The position numbers and the translations under genes were made by a program. A DNA stretch of 50,333 nt, filler included, from Jimgerdemannia flammicorona (Eukaryota), in NCBI GenBank assembly GCA_003990765.1. It is 2 parts of 2 records of this genome, joined end to end, with 100 filler letters (N's around TTAATTAATTAA, not from the genome) between each part and the next. Parts side by side here need not be neighbours in the genome. Positions count along the whole stretch, not along the records: positions 1 to 25,121 come from RBNJ01000880.1; 1 more part is not named here. One strand, given 5' to 3'. Every line of letters starts with the position of its first letter. Position 1 is the stretch's first letter. The notes under the pieces were generated by a model. That model was not told the DNA's origin and ran no database searches. It saw only the letters and a program-made list of their open reading frames with translations. Of the stretch, positions 12,148 through 25,221 are shown piece after piece.

Positions 12148-15100
12148 ATGAACAGTACAACTAGAATCTTCTCTTTAAATCTCAATAGGCTATGGGGAGT
12201 GTGGGGGGATCAAAATATCTTTGGCTGGCTGAAGGGACTGGATGTGGATTTGTTTCTACTATAAGATGTTGTTGAGCATAATAGAGATGTAGATAGTCTG
12301 GACTAGATAAAGTTATGGAGTAATATGGCTATTTGATGAGAGTATATGGGTATTCTGGTTAGAAAGAGTAAGAGGAATATTGGAGATATTGAACATTAGA
12401 GAAGTAGGATAGTGTGGAGAGTTTGGAAGAGACTGGATTAGAGTCTCTTGACTGTTGGGTCTTGTTATTGTTCAGTGAAAAGAGTGGAGAGAGTGGAATG
12501 GATTTGAGAGCTATGAGAATCTGGAGTATTGGTGGAGGCAGAGATTGACTGTTTAGGTGGAGACTTTAACATAATACAAGATAAGAAGGTGGACAGGACT
12601 GATAGAGGAAGAGAGATGATAGGTAGGAGTAGTGAGATGGAAGTCTGAGGGGAAGTCAAAGATCTGAGTTCATTGGTGGAAGCTGGGTAACTTGAAAGGA
12701 GGGACTGCTGAGTCTATACTCAATAGATAGCAGAGTTGGACTCAAGAATTGATGGATTGTTAACTGCTGAATACTAGGGAGTCAATATCTGAAGATCTTT
12801 GGAAACATTCTTGTGTCTGTGATCTGATCACTGAAGCCTTCTGAGAGAGGGGAGTTTTGGGGGAAGTAGGGGGGGATCTGGACATTAGTGCCTAAATATC
12901 TCATTTCTTGAAGAGGCCTTCTTATGAGATATATGGGTAACAGATATTAGATCCAGAATACTGAGATAAAAAATGGAGGGGTTGCTTATTGGAATTCACT
13001 GGAGTCAGCTGAAATTGAGATACACAATAGTATTGGGGGGAGGCAGGGAGAACATATAGTAATTAGAGGGGAGAAAGTAAGTAAGATAGGTCTCTCAGAG
13101 ATTGGTGAGGTTGCTGACAATGTAGGCAGATCTGCTGAATGAAGGTGAGGAGAGAGATTGGAGGGCCCAGCAGATCTGACTTGAGGTGTAAGAGTTGAAG
13201 GAATTGCTAAGATAGGAGGAAGACCTACAGATATAGAGCATAGTGGCCTGGCTGAGGTGATAGAAATTGGAGAAGGGGGAGAGGCCTACAAAGTATTTGT
13301 CTCATCTTCTGTAGGTGAGGAGAGTATAGCAGTAATGGGAGAGGGTATTGGATAAGACAGGAGAGTTGGTTGTTAGTACTCTGGAGATTTTGAATAAGCT
13401 GAGTATATAGTGGGGGCAATTATGGAGTGAGAGAGAAGAAGGGGTGGGAGTGCTGGACATTAATAGACATCTAGAGGACTAGTACCCTGATCTGGCAGCA
13501 GGCTTAGGTGACCTTGATACTGCTGTCTAATGAGAAGAGATTTGGTAGATACTGATAACAATATAGTATCTAGAGAGGATGGCCTACTGTGGAATTTTTA
13601 GAAGAAGATAGTAGGTGTCAAGCTTATTCTGGAGGAAATGTCAGTAATGAGCAATGAAGTTATTAGCTCAGGAGTATAGATTGTGGGGCAGTGCTTAGGT
13701 CTTGTGGCTCTGCTGTTTAAGAATAAGGAGAGGTGAAAAGAGTGAAAAAACTAGAGACTGATCATGCTTCTAGATATAGATCACAAACTGGTTACAAAGA
13801 TACTGATGGCTAGGCTGTAGGAAGTGACTCAGCATGTTCTGGGGGCTGAGAATAGAGGATTCATAGAGAGACATCTGATCAGAGATAGGATAGTCTGGGT
13901 GATGGTATCATTGAGAATGCTTATAGCACTAGAGTAGATAGAAGGGTAGTTTTCTTAGACCAAGAAAAGGCCTATAACAGGGTCCAGCAAGTATGGTTGG
14001 AAGGGGTGCTAAAGTATATAGAGGGCCCCCCTGAGGTCCAGCAGGCATTGGTTGGTCTGCTGGAAGAGAGTTGGACAGTATTTATAGTAAATGGGTACAG
14101 AGGAGTTTTATTCTCTCTAGACATAGAAGTGCTACAGGGGGATCCACTGTTACTGATTCTATATATATTGTCCCTAGAGCCTCTTTTGGATTAGATAAGA
14201 TAAAAGTTGAGAGAGTTGGATATTCTGTGGGTTAATTGGAAGGTGGGGGCTTTTACTAATAATATAGTAGTTAGGTTGAAGTCAATAGAAGATATGGCAG
14301 TACAGAAAGATGCAGTAGAGTGATATGAAAGATACTCAGGTACTAAGCTCAACTGGTATAAGTGTGAGATCCTGGTGTTGGGAGTAGGGATAGTAGATGA
14401 GAATATGATTGGAATAATTATTCTTGCAGAAGAGGCTATTTGCTATCTTGAAATCTACTTTTCAGTATATGGCTCCTTATTATCTCATGAATGATAGAAG
14501 TAGTGGTTGGTAGAGTGTGGGAGTCTTCTCTTGGAGTAGAGTGGTCAGTATATATCTCTGGTATAGAGGGTGACTATACTGAATATATACTGACTACCTA
14601 AGCTATGGTATCTGAGATACTTAGACTTTCTAGTATAAGTGGTCAAGAGATTGCTAAAGTTGGCCAGAACCTAGAAATAGACAGAGTGATAGAGACATAT
14701 TGGCTGGGAAGTGTTGACCTTGCCAGTATACCAGAGAGGCCTAGGTCTGGTGGATTTTTTGAAGTATCTTCATTGCTTAAGGGATTAGTGGCTGAAGCAA
14801 GCTACTGAGTTGAGAGACAATGAGTGGGTTCTCCTCATGCAGAGAGTATGGGAGGTCTAGTTCTCTACTTATAGTATGACTGGGGATTTAGTATCTCTGG
14901 TAGCTTTGGAGAGAAGTCAGAAAATATAATATAGAAGATTCTAGTGAGGAGTGGTTGATGGAGCTTACCATATTGGTCTCCAATAGTGGGGTAAAGAGAG
15001 AGAAGAGGAATAGAGACCCCAGATATAGAGGTGGGACTACCTTCTGCTGGACAGAGCACCAGTAGATGACTTCTGCTTAGAGGATAGCAGAGAGTGCCCT

Positions 15101-15799
15101 TAGGAGCATAGGAGAGATATATGGCCTAAGGTATAGCAGAGGGTGGAGATTGGAGAAAAGTAGGACTAGAACAGCATTTGGTCATAGAGCAAGCAGACAG
15201 TGAGATAGATTTCCCCCAAATTCTGGATAGTATAGTGGAGACTTCTATAGTATAATATAATGTTAAATTACCAATTAGGTCACTTAATGGAAGAAGGTGC
15301 CCAGGAGCATGAGAAGTGTCTAAATATTTGGCAGAAGAGAGAAGTGATACAGACTCCTGTATATTGGCTAAGAGAGTGTGAGATGTTAGGTAACTTTTTA
15401 AGAGTAATGAAGATATAGCTAGAGGTGCATCCACTAGGGTTGGAGATAGAAAAGAGGTGGGGTGACCTCTAGGAGAGACTGGTGGGGGGAGTGGGAGATA
15501 AGTGATTGATATTATAATAAGTGCTGATAATTTGGGTTGAGCTTGCAGGATATTGGCTATATATATTTAAGAATAGTAGATAGCTAATTTTGGGGAAGAG
15601 GGTTGCTAGATAAGAGTGGCCAATGATGAACCTAGTGAATGAGTGGTGGAGGGAGTGGTATACTGAGAGGAGATATCAGGAACATCTAGTAGAGATGATC
15701 TGTAAGAAGAGTGGGGGGAGAATTGGGATAGCAGGAGAGTTTGTAGTATTTTGAGAGAACAGAGAGATGGAGAGAGAGCTTTCAAGTGAGATTGGATAA
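12148..15799 (+). pseudogene. LINE ORF2 (copy A), heavily decayed
   Basis: atgaacagtacaactagaatcttctcttta (MNSTTRIFSL), GGDFN near 12555, DQEKAY near 13958, LQGDPL near 14132; collinear with copy B ORF2. Confidence 0.85.
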
Positions 15800-15883
15800 G
15801 GGGTTCATTTATATTACATATATTATAGATAGTTTGTTAATAAAGTAAAAGTTCTTATAACTATAAAAAAAAAAAAAAAAAAA

Positions 15884-16465
15884 TACTATTAAGTTTACCC
15901 TATCTTCAATATTCAACATCTTAAATGATATAATGAAAATGATGACAGGCTATTTCTAAACCAAACTGCAAAACCACTTGTATCTATTATTATTAATGAC
16001 CAAGAAGAATACAAAGTTGAACAAATCTTCAAAAAATGTGGCTATAAGAATTATTCAGAATATCTTATCAAATAGAAAGATTATCTAATCTATAATACAA
16101 TATGGGAATCCAAAACCAACCTCCAGAATGCTTCTGACTTAGTTTAAGAATATGATTCTTTAAATAACTGAATTTGAATACCCCAATATCTATCAGCCCC
16201 AAAACTATATATTACTCTCTCAAACATTATTAAGAGTACTCTTATAATTATCATAAATGAAACTAAGAACTTGATAAGTAAAGAACAAGAAAAACACTGA
16301 CTCTTTAGAAAATAGCAAAACTGAAAGCCAGTCTATTCTCTCTATACTACTGATGGAAAATGAGATATAGATATTACTAGACTTTTGACCATCTAAATGA
16401 TATAACAATACTAGATCAAAATTAGAAGGCCTTGACAAAGATATTGAAAGCTAAGAAGGAGAGAG
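15884..16465 (+). mobile_element. 3' part of the chromoviral gypsy element: integrase C-terminus, chromodomain, 3' UTR, polypurine tract
   Basis: YPIFNIQHLK...DQEEYKVEQIFKK...EYLIK*KDY...TIWESKTNLQNASDLV*EY (chromodomain ~16004-16155); aagaaggagagag (16453-16465) followed by TGTAAG at 16467. Confidence 0.85.
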
Positions 16466-16519
16466 TTGTAAGTATATAAGCTCCAAGCCACTGAAATTAC
16501 ACATCACTCTCAGAATAAA

Positions 16520-16800
16520 TTCAGAAACTATATACAAGATTATAAAATGAGTTACTGAAGAGATCACTAAGTTATATAAAGTATACTAGCAATTATGAGG
16601 ATTTATTGCTAAGATACAAGAACACCAGAAGAAGTACTACTACCACAAGGCTGGCCATAAACCTCTACTCATTAAACAATTAGTCTTGATATAATATACT
16701 ATTATAAAAGGAAACTGAAGTACCAAACTTAAACTTAAATGAGAAGGATCCTATCTCATCTATCAAAAGTTCAAGAACTATACTTATCAACTTAAGTCTA
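16520..16800 (+). pseudogene. Integrase C-terminal (GPY/F) fragment of a second Ty3/gypsy element
   Basis: Reads IQEHQKKYYYHK...KQLVLI...*STKLKLK*EGSYLIYQKFKNYTYQL, a decayed QxxQKxYYD...KLxPKWEGPYxI....GTYxL. Confidence 0.7.
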
Positions 16801-18129
16801 AGATATATATACTACAACTATATAAGACCTTATTACTCAGTGGAAGCAAAACATATTTTAATAACTCTATTCACTCCATCTATATCATCTTTACTGAAGA
16901 ATGACTGATACCTCATATAGAACTCAAGAAAGTCAACATTGTTAAAACCAATCTCAAGTCTATCTACATAATAGATATTACTATTAGAAATTGTCTCAGA
17001 TTATAAAAAATATCATTTCTGAGAGATTTAAACTCCCAGCTGTGATATTGTGAACTCTTGTCCTAGATAAGGATGGCCAGTCTCCATAAATGTACCAATG
17101 GTCTAAAAAAAAAAAAACTAAGATCTATTATTCCTATATAACTATATATTATTACTGAAGATAACTTAAATTTTTGCAAGAGACAGATATGATAATATCT
17201 TAAAACTGATCACATCAGAAGTCATGAGACTGCTCAGACTTCATTAAGAGATAATGTTATCAATAGTAACTTTATTAAAGAATATTCAGATAGTATCTAA
17301 ATTTATAAATAGCTTAGTAGTTATTAATATAGTTAAATTAGCCTTGTACTATATAACTATATACTAACTTAACAGTTAGATGATCTCTTAATATATCAGT
17401 TCACACTTGTATTATATGACTATATTCTGACTCAGCAAAGTACTAAGTGCTATATCTATATTTAGCATAGTTCAGATTGCTTCTCATTAATATAAATACC
17501 TACTCTCTCAGATTATAGAAACTCAGTACAAATAGACTTGAATATATAAGAATCACTCAGAACTCCTGAACACTTCCCCACAATATCCTTTCATATACTA
17601 CTTCTAATATAGCTATATCATGAATAGTGAATAAACTTATTTAGTAATCTATAAACTACTCTTAAGTAAATCTGTATCCCATTAGGTCTAATTCCTAACC
17701 AAGTCATGAAAATTCCAAATTGGATATTATCTGTAGTAATATGTCAATTTAACTAAGCTGGTCTTAGTTTCTTGAACTTTCTGAAATACAGAACCTCCTA
17801 AATATCCAGAATAAGTCCAAAAAAGGACTTTGGTTGAGATATCAATCTAATCTTGAAATCAATTAGTATAGAGGATATACTTTATATGAAATTGACCTTA
17901 ACCTTAAGAAAATGGTTTTTCAGAATATCTAGAACTTCCTGAAAATTCTTCCAGAACTATATAATAGTGCTCTAACAAAGTAACCCTCTTATAAGTTTAG
18001 TACTAAGTCTAATAAGTAGACTTATGTAAAGAAGAAAAGAACAGATACATCTCTTTCCAGTACTACTCAGGTTATATAATCTTTGAAAAGCACTTACAAT
18101 ATTATTTATTGGAGAAAGTGACTAGCAAC

Positions 18130-20154
18130 ATAGTGACCAACTGGCAATCTGAGACACATACTGGGCAGGGTGGCCTAAGTGCATTCGACTGGCAGCAGGT
18201 GGGGCAAGGCCCTGGGCTGGGGGGAGGTATGAGGGGGCTGCTGGCAGGAGGATGCAGTAGAGGAGGGGGCAGTGGTGGAGGACCAGGGTCTGGAAGGATG
18301 AGCTTTGTGGAGATGGTGAAGGAGAGATAGCAGGCATCTGGGCTGGAGGGATGACTGAGGAGAGGCAAGGAGGTGGGGAAGATAGTGGCATAGGGGGGAG
18401 TAGCCCTTGGTGGTGGGAGCAGTAGAGCTGGGGGTATAGTGGCTGAAGAGAGTATGATAGCTGATGGAGATGAGCCTGCCAATCTGGAAAAAAATCCAGA
18501 TATGACTGCCAATGGCATGGCTTAGTGGCAGGGGCTTGGAAGATTGGGGGATTTGGCAGATAGTATGATGTGCCTGGTGGTGGCTCTGTTACTCAAGAAA
18601 TTGATCTTAGTATTTGCAGTTACTCTGTACTTCCAGGGCCTAGTGGTGATGGCGAAAATAGTGCTGGGTCTCATCACTAAACAGGTGACTGGAGCAGTAT
18701 CTGTAAAGTTTCTGAAGGGTTTTGAGGGGGTGGAGGTGGGATTTGAGGAGGCTGAGCCTTTGGAGGAGGTGCTGAAGATGGGATTGATGGTTGGGGAGGT
18801 GTATGTTCTGATGATGCACTGTCTGAGGTGGGATCCCAGGGTGGTACAACTGTTGGTGAAAGGGGTACCTATGGTAATGGCTGTGGAGATGAGAAGGAGA
18901 GTTGAAGAGGTTATGGCAGAGTATGGTGATGTGGTGAACATTGGCTTTAGAGTATGGGAAGGGACCTCACTCTGGACTGGAGATGTTGATGTGAGGATTC
19001 AGCTGGCAGGGAAGGAAGCTACTGGGAAGATGAGGGACTGGCCTTTGGTGATGGTCTGGGGGACAATCTTGTGCAAGATGATGAGGGTGAAGGGGAGTGA
19101 GGAGGAGGAAGAGGACTTGTTTAAAGTGCTGGAAGAGCTGGGTGGCACAGTGAAGCAGAGGGCGAAGACTTGGAAGGCATTTGTGGAGACTACACACCTG
19201 GAGGTGGTGGATGGGAGGCAAATCCGAGTAGACAAGAGGCAGTGGGAAAGGGCTCAGAGGTGCAAGAGACAGAAGGAACTACTGGTGAAACTGGAGGGGA
19301 GACCACAGAAGAATGCAGGTGGACTGGTGGTGACAGCAGATACTAAGATAAGTATCTGGGCAGGCAAGAGTGGTGGGAGTACTGAGAAGGGGACTGGAGA
19401 AGACAGAGAGGTGGCAGGCAATGACCTCTATGCTGATGGCATGTTTGAGGTCTGGGAGGAGGATGGGGAAGCCTCACCTACCCCTACCCCACTTATCAGA
19501 TGTGGTCTGGCTTTACAAAGCAGAATGGAGGAGGATGTGCCTATGTGGGGGGCCCAGCGAGTTCAATTTGGAGTTCCAGAGGTAGTGGACAGGGGACAGA
19601 GGGAAGCAGTCAGGGAGGAGGAAGTGGTAGACGTCCCTGAGACATGGAATGAGTCTGCAAGTGCCAGAGCTGACACCATGATGCTGGATGGAGGGAGGCC
19701 AGCGACTCCTGGAGGGAAGGAGGTGGGGAACCTACTTTGGATGTATTGGATGATGAATAATATAGTGGCTGATAAGTTGGGGGAGGTGGACTTGAGAGTT
19801 ATGAGTGATGAGTATTGGGTGAGGATCCTGCAGGGGGATAGAGTGGTGTTGGCATTGAAGGTGGAAATTCTTACTGTATACTTGGGAGAGAAAGGGTATG
19901 AGGTGGATGAGGAGCAGGAGGCAGAATTGGCAGGCATTGCTGGTGAGAGGGCTGAATACTGCTGGACCAAGCATCATAGATTGCAGCTCTGGCAGGAGGC
20001 CTACTTGGAGTACCAGGAAGAGTTTGAGGAGAAAGCAGATGGGGAGATAAATGAGCTGTTGGCTAGATTGGAGGCTCAGAGGGTGGAGGAGGAAGTGGTG
20101 ACTGTAGAACATAATCTGAACTTAGTACAGGAAGAGAGGAACATGGAGCAGTAG
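18130..20154 (+). pseudogene. LINE ORF1 (copy C); start codon mutated to ATA, 5' third has stops, 536 codons still open (18544-20154)
   Basis: ORF track plus alignment by eye to copies B and E. Confidence 0.85.
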
Positions 20155-20185
20155 GGATGGATGGGATGACAAACCATATTTCACT

Positions 20186-23100
20186 ATAAATAGTACAACC
20201 AATATTTTTTCTTTGAACATGAATAGGCTGAGGAGTACTTTTTGATGTAGGAACATTTTTACTTGGCTGAAGGGATTGGAGGCTGATCTCTTCCTATTGC
20301 AGGATGTCTAGTGTGAAGATGATTTTAAAAGACTAGATTGGATGAAGGAATGGGGAGGAGAGGCAGTTTGGAAGGGTAAGGTGGGAATACTGGTCCAGAA
20401 AGGCAGAGGGGAGATACAGGATGTGAGGAGCTGGGGGGATAGATGGGTCTGGAGAGAATGGGTTGGGAGCTGGTCATGGTGGGTTCCTGTTATTGTTCTG
20501 CTGTTTGGAGTGAGCATGTGGATTGAGTGTGGGATCTCCAGGAGAGTGGGGTTCTTACAGAAGCTGGAGTGGATATACTGGGTCGAGATTTCAATATGGT
20601 CCAGAATGTGTGGTTGGATAGAACAGATGGTGGCCAGGGAGCTGAGACTAAAAGTGGAGGGCTGGTGGTATGGAAGGAAGTGGAAAGACTTAGTGCTCTG
20701 GTAGATATAGGTAGGAAATGCTGGGGAGATAGAAGAGTGTATACACATTGGGCAGGGGGTCTGGGGACAAGGATTAACTCGATTCTGACAGCTAGCTGCT
20801 GGGGCTTGGATGTCTGGAAGTTGCTGGAGGTAGAATGGTATCCATGGTCAGATCATTGGGGGTTGTTAGGATAAGGACATTTCAGGAGAAGTGGGAATGG
20901 GCCTAGACATTGGCACCTCAATGCCTCTTTATTAGATGATGGGATCTGGTGGGATGAGTGGGCAGAAGATATACAACTGAGGGTGACAAGCTGGAGACAG
21001 GAAGGTGCCCCTGTTGGTATTCAGTGGATGAGGTTGAAAGAGAGTGCAAGGGCCTACTAGAGTGAGATTGGCAAGGAGGTAGAGAAGCAGAGGAGGTGAC
21101 AGGTGAGATGGGCTACTGGTAGGCCATCTAGACTCTTAGAGGATTGAGCAGGCCTTGCAATATCAGTAGGAGATGAGGACTAGAGGTTGAGGAGGGCTAA
21201 TATGGAAGTTGGAGAATTGCAATAGGTGTTGTGAGAAGAGGAGGAGGCCAGAGTACAGAGCTTGGCAGCATGGCTTCATTGGCAGAGTTTGAAGGAAGGG
21301 GAGAGGCCCTTGAAGTACCTCATGAGGGCTCTTCAGGTGAGAAGTGTACAGCAATGATGGGAGGGGGTGATTGACTCTGAGGGTATACTAGTACATAGGG
21401 TACAGGATATTCTTGGATCACTTAAGGAGTGGTAGAGTGGATTGTGGAGTGAGGAGGAGGGTGGAGCTGACCCTGATGATATTGATTGGGTATTGGAGAA
21501 TTGGTATCTCTCACAAGTGGATAGGCTGGAGGACTTAGTACTACCAGTTCAAGAAGAAGAGATCTGTCAGGTTCTTGCAGTGACAATGCTGGATACTGTA
21601 CCTGGGGAGGATGGTCTGCCCTGGGACTTCTGAAAGAAAATGATGAGAGTTTCTGGAGTACTGGGTGAGATGATGGCACTGTGTGACTTTATCCTGCAGA
21701 CAGAGAGATGGGTGGGAGAGCAGGATCTGGGGCTGGTGATACTGCTTTACAAGAACAAAGAAAGGAGAGAGGACTGGAAGAACTGGTAGCCATTCATGCT
21801 ACTGGATATAGACAGAAAATTGGTCATAAAGGTGATAGTTGCGAGGCTACAGAAGGTGGTCCAGCAAGTTTTGGGTATTGAGCAGAGGGGCTTTGTAGGT
21901 AGCCAGCTCATTAGGAATGATATGGCCTGGGTGCATGGCATTATTGAAGGGGCACAAGCTTGTGGACTAGATGGGAGACTGGTCTTCTTGGATCAAGAGA
22001 AGGCTTATAACCAGGTGTGGCAAGTCTAGCTAGCAAAATTATTGGACAGAATTGGAGTTCCACACCAGTTCTGATTAGTGATGATCAGTCTGTTGGAAGG
22101 GAGTAGTGCTGTGCTCATTTGTAATGGGCATAGAGGGGTATCATTTCCCCTGGAAAGGGGTGTTCTGCAGGGAGACCCACTGTCCCCCATTCTATATACT
22201 CTTTCACTGGAACTCCTAATGGACAGAATTTGGAGGAAGATAGAAGGACTCAACATCTTTGGAATTGAATGGAAAGTTGGGGTCTTTGTAGATGACATCT
22301 TGGTTGGCCTGGGATCTATTGCTGATGTTGAAGAGCTAAGGAAGACAGTGGAGTGGTATGAGGTGAACTCAGGGCCAAACTTAATTAGTATAAGTGTGAG
22401 ACAATGGTACTGAGTAATGGCCTGATGGGGGGAGACATTATTGGAACAATTGTCCCTACTGGTGAGGTGGTGTGGTACTTGGGCATTTATTTATCAGTAT
22501 ATGGATCAGTACTTCCCAGACTCTGGTGAGAATAGTGAATTGGAGTCTGGGGGGAGGCTCTGCAGAGCTGGGGTGATTGCTACTTATCTCTGGCAGGGCA
22601 TGTATCAGTTCTGAATATCTATTGGCTGTCAAAGATGTGGTACCTGGCTTATCATTTGGACTTTCCAGCCTGGGTGGTGAAGAGACTATTGAAGCTAGCC
22701 AAAGGGTAGATCTGGGCTGGAAGGAGGAGTCAGATCAGTTGGGAGATCTTGTCTCTACTGGTAGAAAGAGGAGATCTTGAACTGGTTGACTTTCTGAAGA
22801 GGTTATATTTCCTGAGAGCTTGGTGGATGAAGAGAGTAATGGAGCTAAGAGGGGGTGGTTGGATTCTACTCTTGCAGAAAGTTTGAGAGTTGAGGTCTTC
22901 ACTAAGAGGCTCAACAGGAGATCTCCTATCATTGGTTGGACTTCAGAACATTGCCCAATTGAATTACAAAGGTTTCTGGTAGAGAGTAGTAGAGGGGGCA
23001 CACTATATTGAAATTCGTTGATGAGGAAATAAAGGAGATGAGACTTGGGACCCAGTAATATAGAGATGGGACTAAGTGTTGCTGGGAGGCATATTCTTAA

Positions 23101-23831
23101 CTGAGTTTGATATTGGTGATGAGATAGATTCCCAACAAGGACCAGGCCAGGATCTATGGTCTAGCAGATGGCAGAGGGTGGGGATCAGTGAGGAGTGAGA
23201 CTGGCATGATATTTGGACATAGAGTGCTGAGGTGCAGAGATAGATGCCACTGAAGTACTGGGTGATCTGGTGGTGCATGTTGAGGAGGAATGTCATACTC
23301 AACTTCTGTTCAGGCCACCTTGTTGAGGGGGGTTGTTTTGACTGTGAGGAGTGCCACAATGTAGGACAGGTTGAGAGATACGTACAGATACCTGAATATT
23401 GACTAGGAGAGTGTGAGGTACTTAGTGACTTTTGGAGAGTTATTAGAGATCATTTGGGAATAGCATATAGGGGACATGGCACATGGAGCCAGTGGGAGAA
23501 CTTGAGAGATAGACTGGTTGGGGGGGTGGAAAAGAAGTGGCTCACATTGGGTTAGGCTTTGGTGATTTGGGTGGGATTGGCAGGTCACTGATTATTTGTT
23601 TTTGAAGGAGAGAGGCAATTGAACCTGGGGGATCAGCTGCAGTACTGACATAGACTGGTGGAAGACACCCTGATAGGCTGGTGGCTTGGTTGGGGATTGT
23701 AGGATGGGTAACAGCATTACTTGGTAGAGAAGATTTGTGAGTAGAGTGAGGGTAGGGTGAGAGTGATAGGTGTGAAGGTGACTATTGTTGATAATGATGC
23801 AGGGGGAGGTTCCCCCATGGGGATTGGGTAG
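20186..23831 (+). pseudogene. LINE ORF2 (copy C), APE-RT-CCHC, disrupted
   Basis: RDFN, WSDH, PGEDGLPWDF, DQEKAY, GVLQGDPLSP, FVDD, CEECHNVG; ATG mutated to ATA at 20186. Confidence 0.9.
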
Positions 23832-23891
23832 TGGGAGATGATATTGTAAACTTATTTATAGAATGGTAATAAATGGCAAAGTCCAAGTAAC

Positions 23892-23955
<64 letters not shown>

Positions 23956-24963
23956 AAAGAATATAAAAAATTATAATATATATATATAAGCCTCTGGAAA
24001 TTCTGATGGAAATTCCTATAGAAATTTCTATAGAAATATTTATAGAATTTTCAACTAGTAGCTATAGTTATCCAAAGTAATATAACTATATAGATATATA
24101 TATTTAGCATATTATATTTAGTTATATATAGTCTTAAAAATATATATAAATACCCTCTATACTAAGTGTGTTGTAACCTCAGCTCCACTTTCTCTGAATA
24201 TAAAAATAAAACAGTATTCTTATTATTGAAAATCTTCAGATCTGACTTATTAATAATTCTGAGTTTTATTAATTTGAAATATAAGTATAGTCTTTCTATC
24301 AGAACAAGAACCTGAAGGTGATACCTGGACTTTACTGTAATAGGCAATTGGAACTCAGCACTTCCTCAAGAACTTGAAACTTAGGGCTGATAGTTATTAT
24401 TGATTATTTATAATATATTAATTATATCAGTATATAGTTTTATTATAATTATATTTTAGATATTTTATCTTTGAATTATATATAACTCTAATTCAGTAAA
24501 GTATTCTGTTATAAATATAATTGCAACTTGAACCAAGTGGTCAAGAGCTACCTAATATTTATTTGAAATAATTATGCAGTTTCTCTTTTTACCTCTATTA
24601 AATACTGAAATTTTATATAGTTTTTTCTATACTTATACCAACCCTCAATATAAGTTAATTTTTTATAATTTACAGTGTAGTTTGCTCAGCAACTGACATT
24701 CGCTCACAGTTCGCAATCATCTCTGGAACTCCCGCCAGCGACCCGGCCTCCGTTCTTGATAGCTTCGTGATGGCCTTTGGTGCGCAAGGAGCTTCAAAGG
24801 TCGAATGACGCGGCAACTGGTTGAGATCTGTGGCACCTTGTACGACCGAATTTGATTGGTGTGAGTTTCTTGGGCTTTATAACAATCACTCCCATTGAAC
24901 GAGCCTCGTTTACTCCGCGTCCATAACCTTTCTGTCCACAATCTTACTCTGCATCCATATCCA

Positions 24964-25060
24964 ATGTCTTCTCCTTTCATTTACCCCACTGTTCGCCGTG
25001 ATGAGTCTTTCGTCGAGGACCTGCACGGCGTGAGGGTCGCCGACCCTTACCGATGGCTGG
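24964..25060 (+). CDS. First coding exon of a prolyl oligopeptidase / prolyl endopeptidase (S9A family); remainder lost at the spacer
   Basis: MSSPFIYPTVRRDESFVEDLHGVRVADPYRWL matches the S9A N-terminal YPxxRRD...HG..VADPYRWLE signature; canonical donor G|GTGAGT at 25061; CpG-rich context unlike the TE blocks. Confidence 0.88.
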
Positions 25061-25121
25061 GTGAGTCACCCTTCTCACGCATACACGTCGCGTCCCTCCC
25101 ACCACCATTCACGTTCTCAGT

Positions 25122-25221
25122 NNNNNNNNNNNNNNNNNNNNNNNNNNNNNNNNNNNNNNNNNNNNTTAATTAATTAANNNNNNNNNNNNNNNNNNNNNNN
25201 NNNNNNNNNNNNNNNNNNNNN
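25122..25221. other. Artificial 100-nt spacer/assembly gap: N44-TTAATTAATTAA-N44
   Basis: Symmetric N runs around a palindromic 12-mer (25166-25177) that places stop codons in all six frames. Confidence 0.95.

Larger units (their letters stand above)
3817..15883 (+). mobile_element. LINE copy A (L1/Tx1-like, subfamily 2), full length, heavily decayed; own sequence 3817-5382 and 11299-15883, split by a MITE and by copy B
   Basis: Family 5' end tttctctagtaacattcag at 3817; ORF1 motif LLLKKSRSEF; ORF2 start at 12148; poly(A) 15865-15883; degenerate TSD atatcattaagattcacc (3799-3816) / atactattaag-tttacc (from 15883). Confidence 0.85.
18044..23953 (+). mobile_element. LINE copy C (subfamily 1), full length
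   Basis: 5' end catctctttccagtactactcagg; poly(A) 23895-23953 preceded by AATAAA; probable TSD aagaaaagaaca (18032-18043) / aagaaaagaata (23952-23963). Confidence 0.92.

Noticed and set aside
18544..20154. 536-aa ORF as a functional host gene
   Set aside because: It is the 3' part of LINE ORF1 in copy C; the true start is mutated and upstream stops are present.
25108..25121. ttctcag|t as the acceptor of the first peptidase intron
   Set aside because: It would give G+T.. (Val) instead of the expected Glu of RWLE, and the sequence ends one base later, so it cannot be supported.
25166..25177. TTAATTAATTAA palindrome as a biological site (PacI or piggyBac target)
   Set aside because: Centred in symmetric N runs; a synthetic stop linker.
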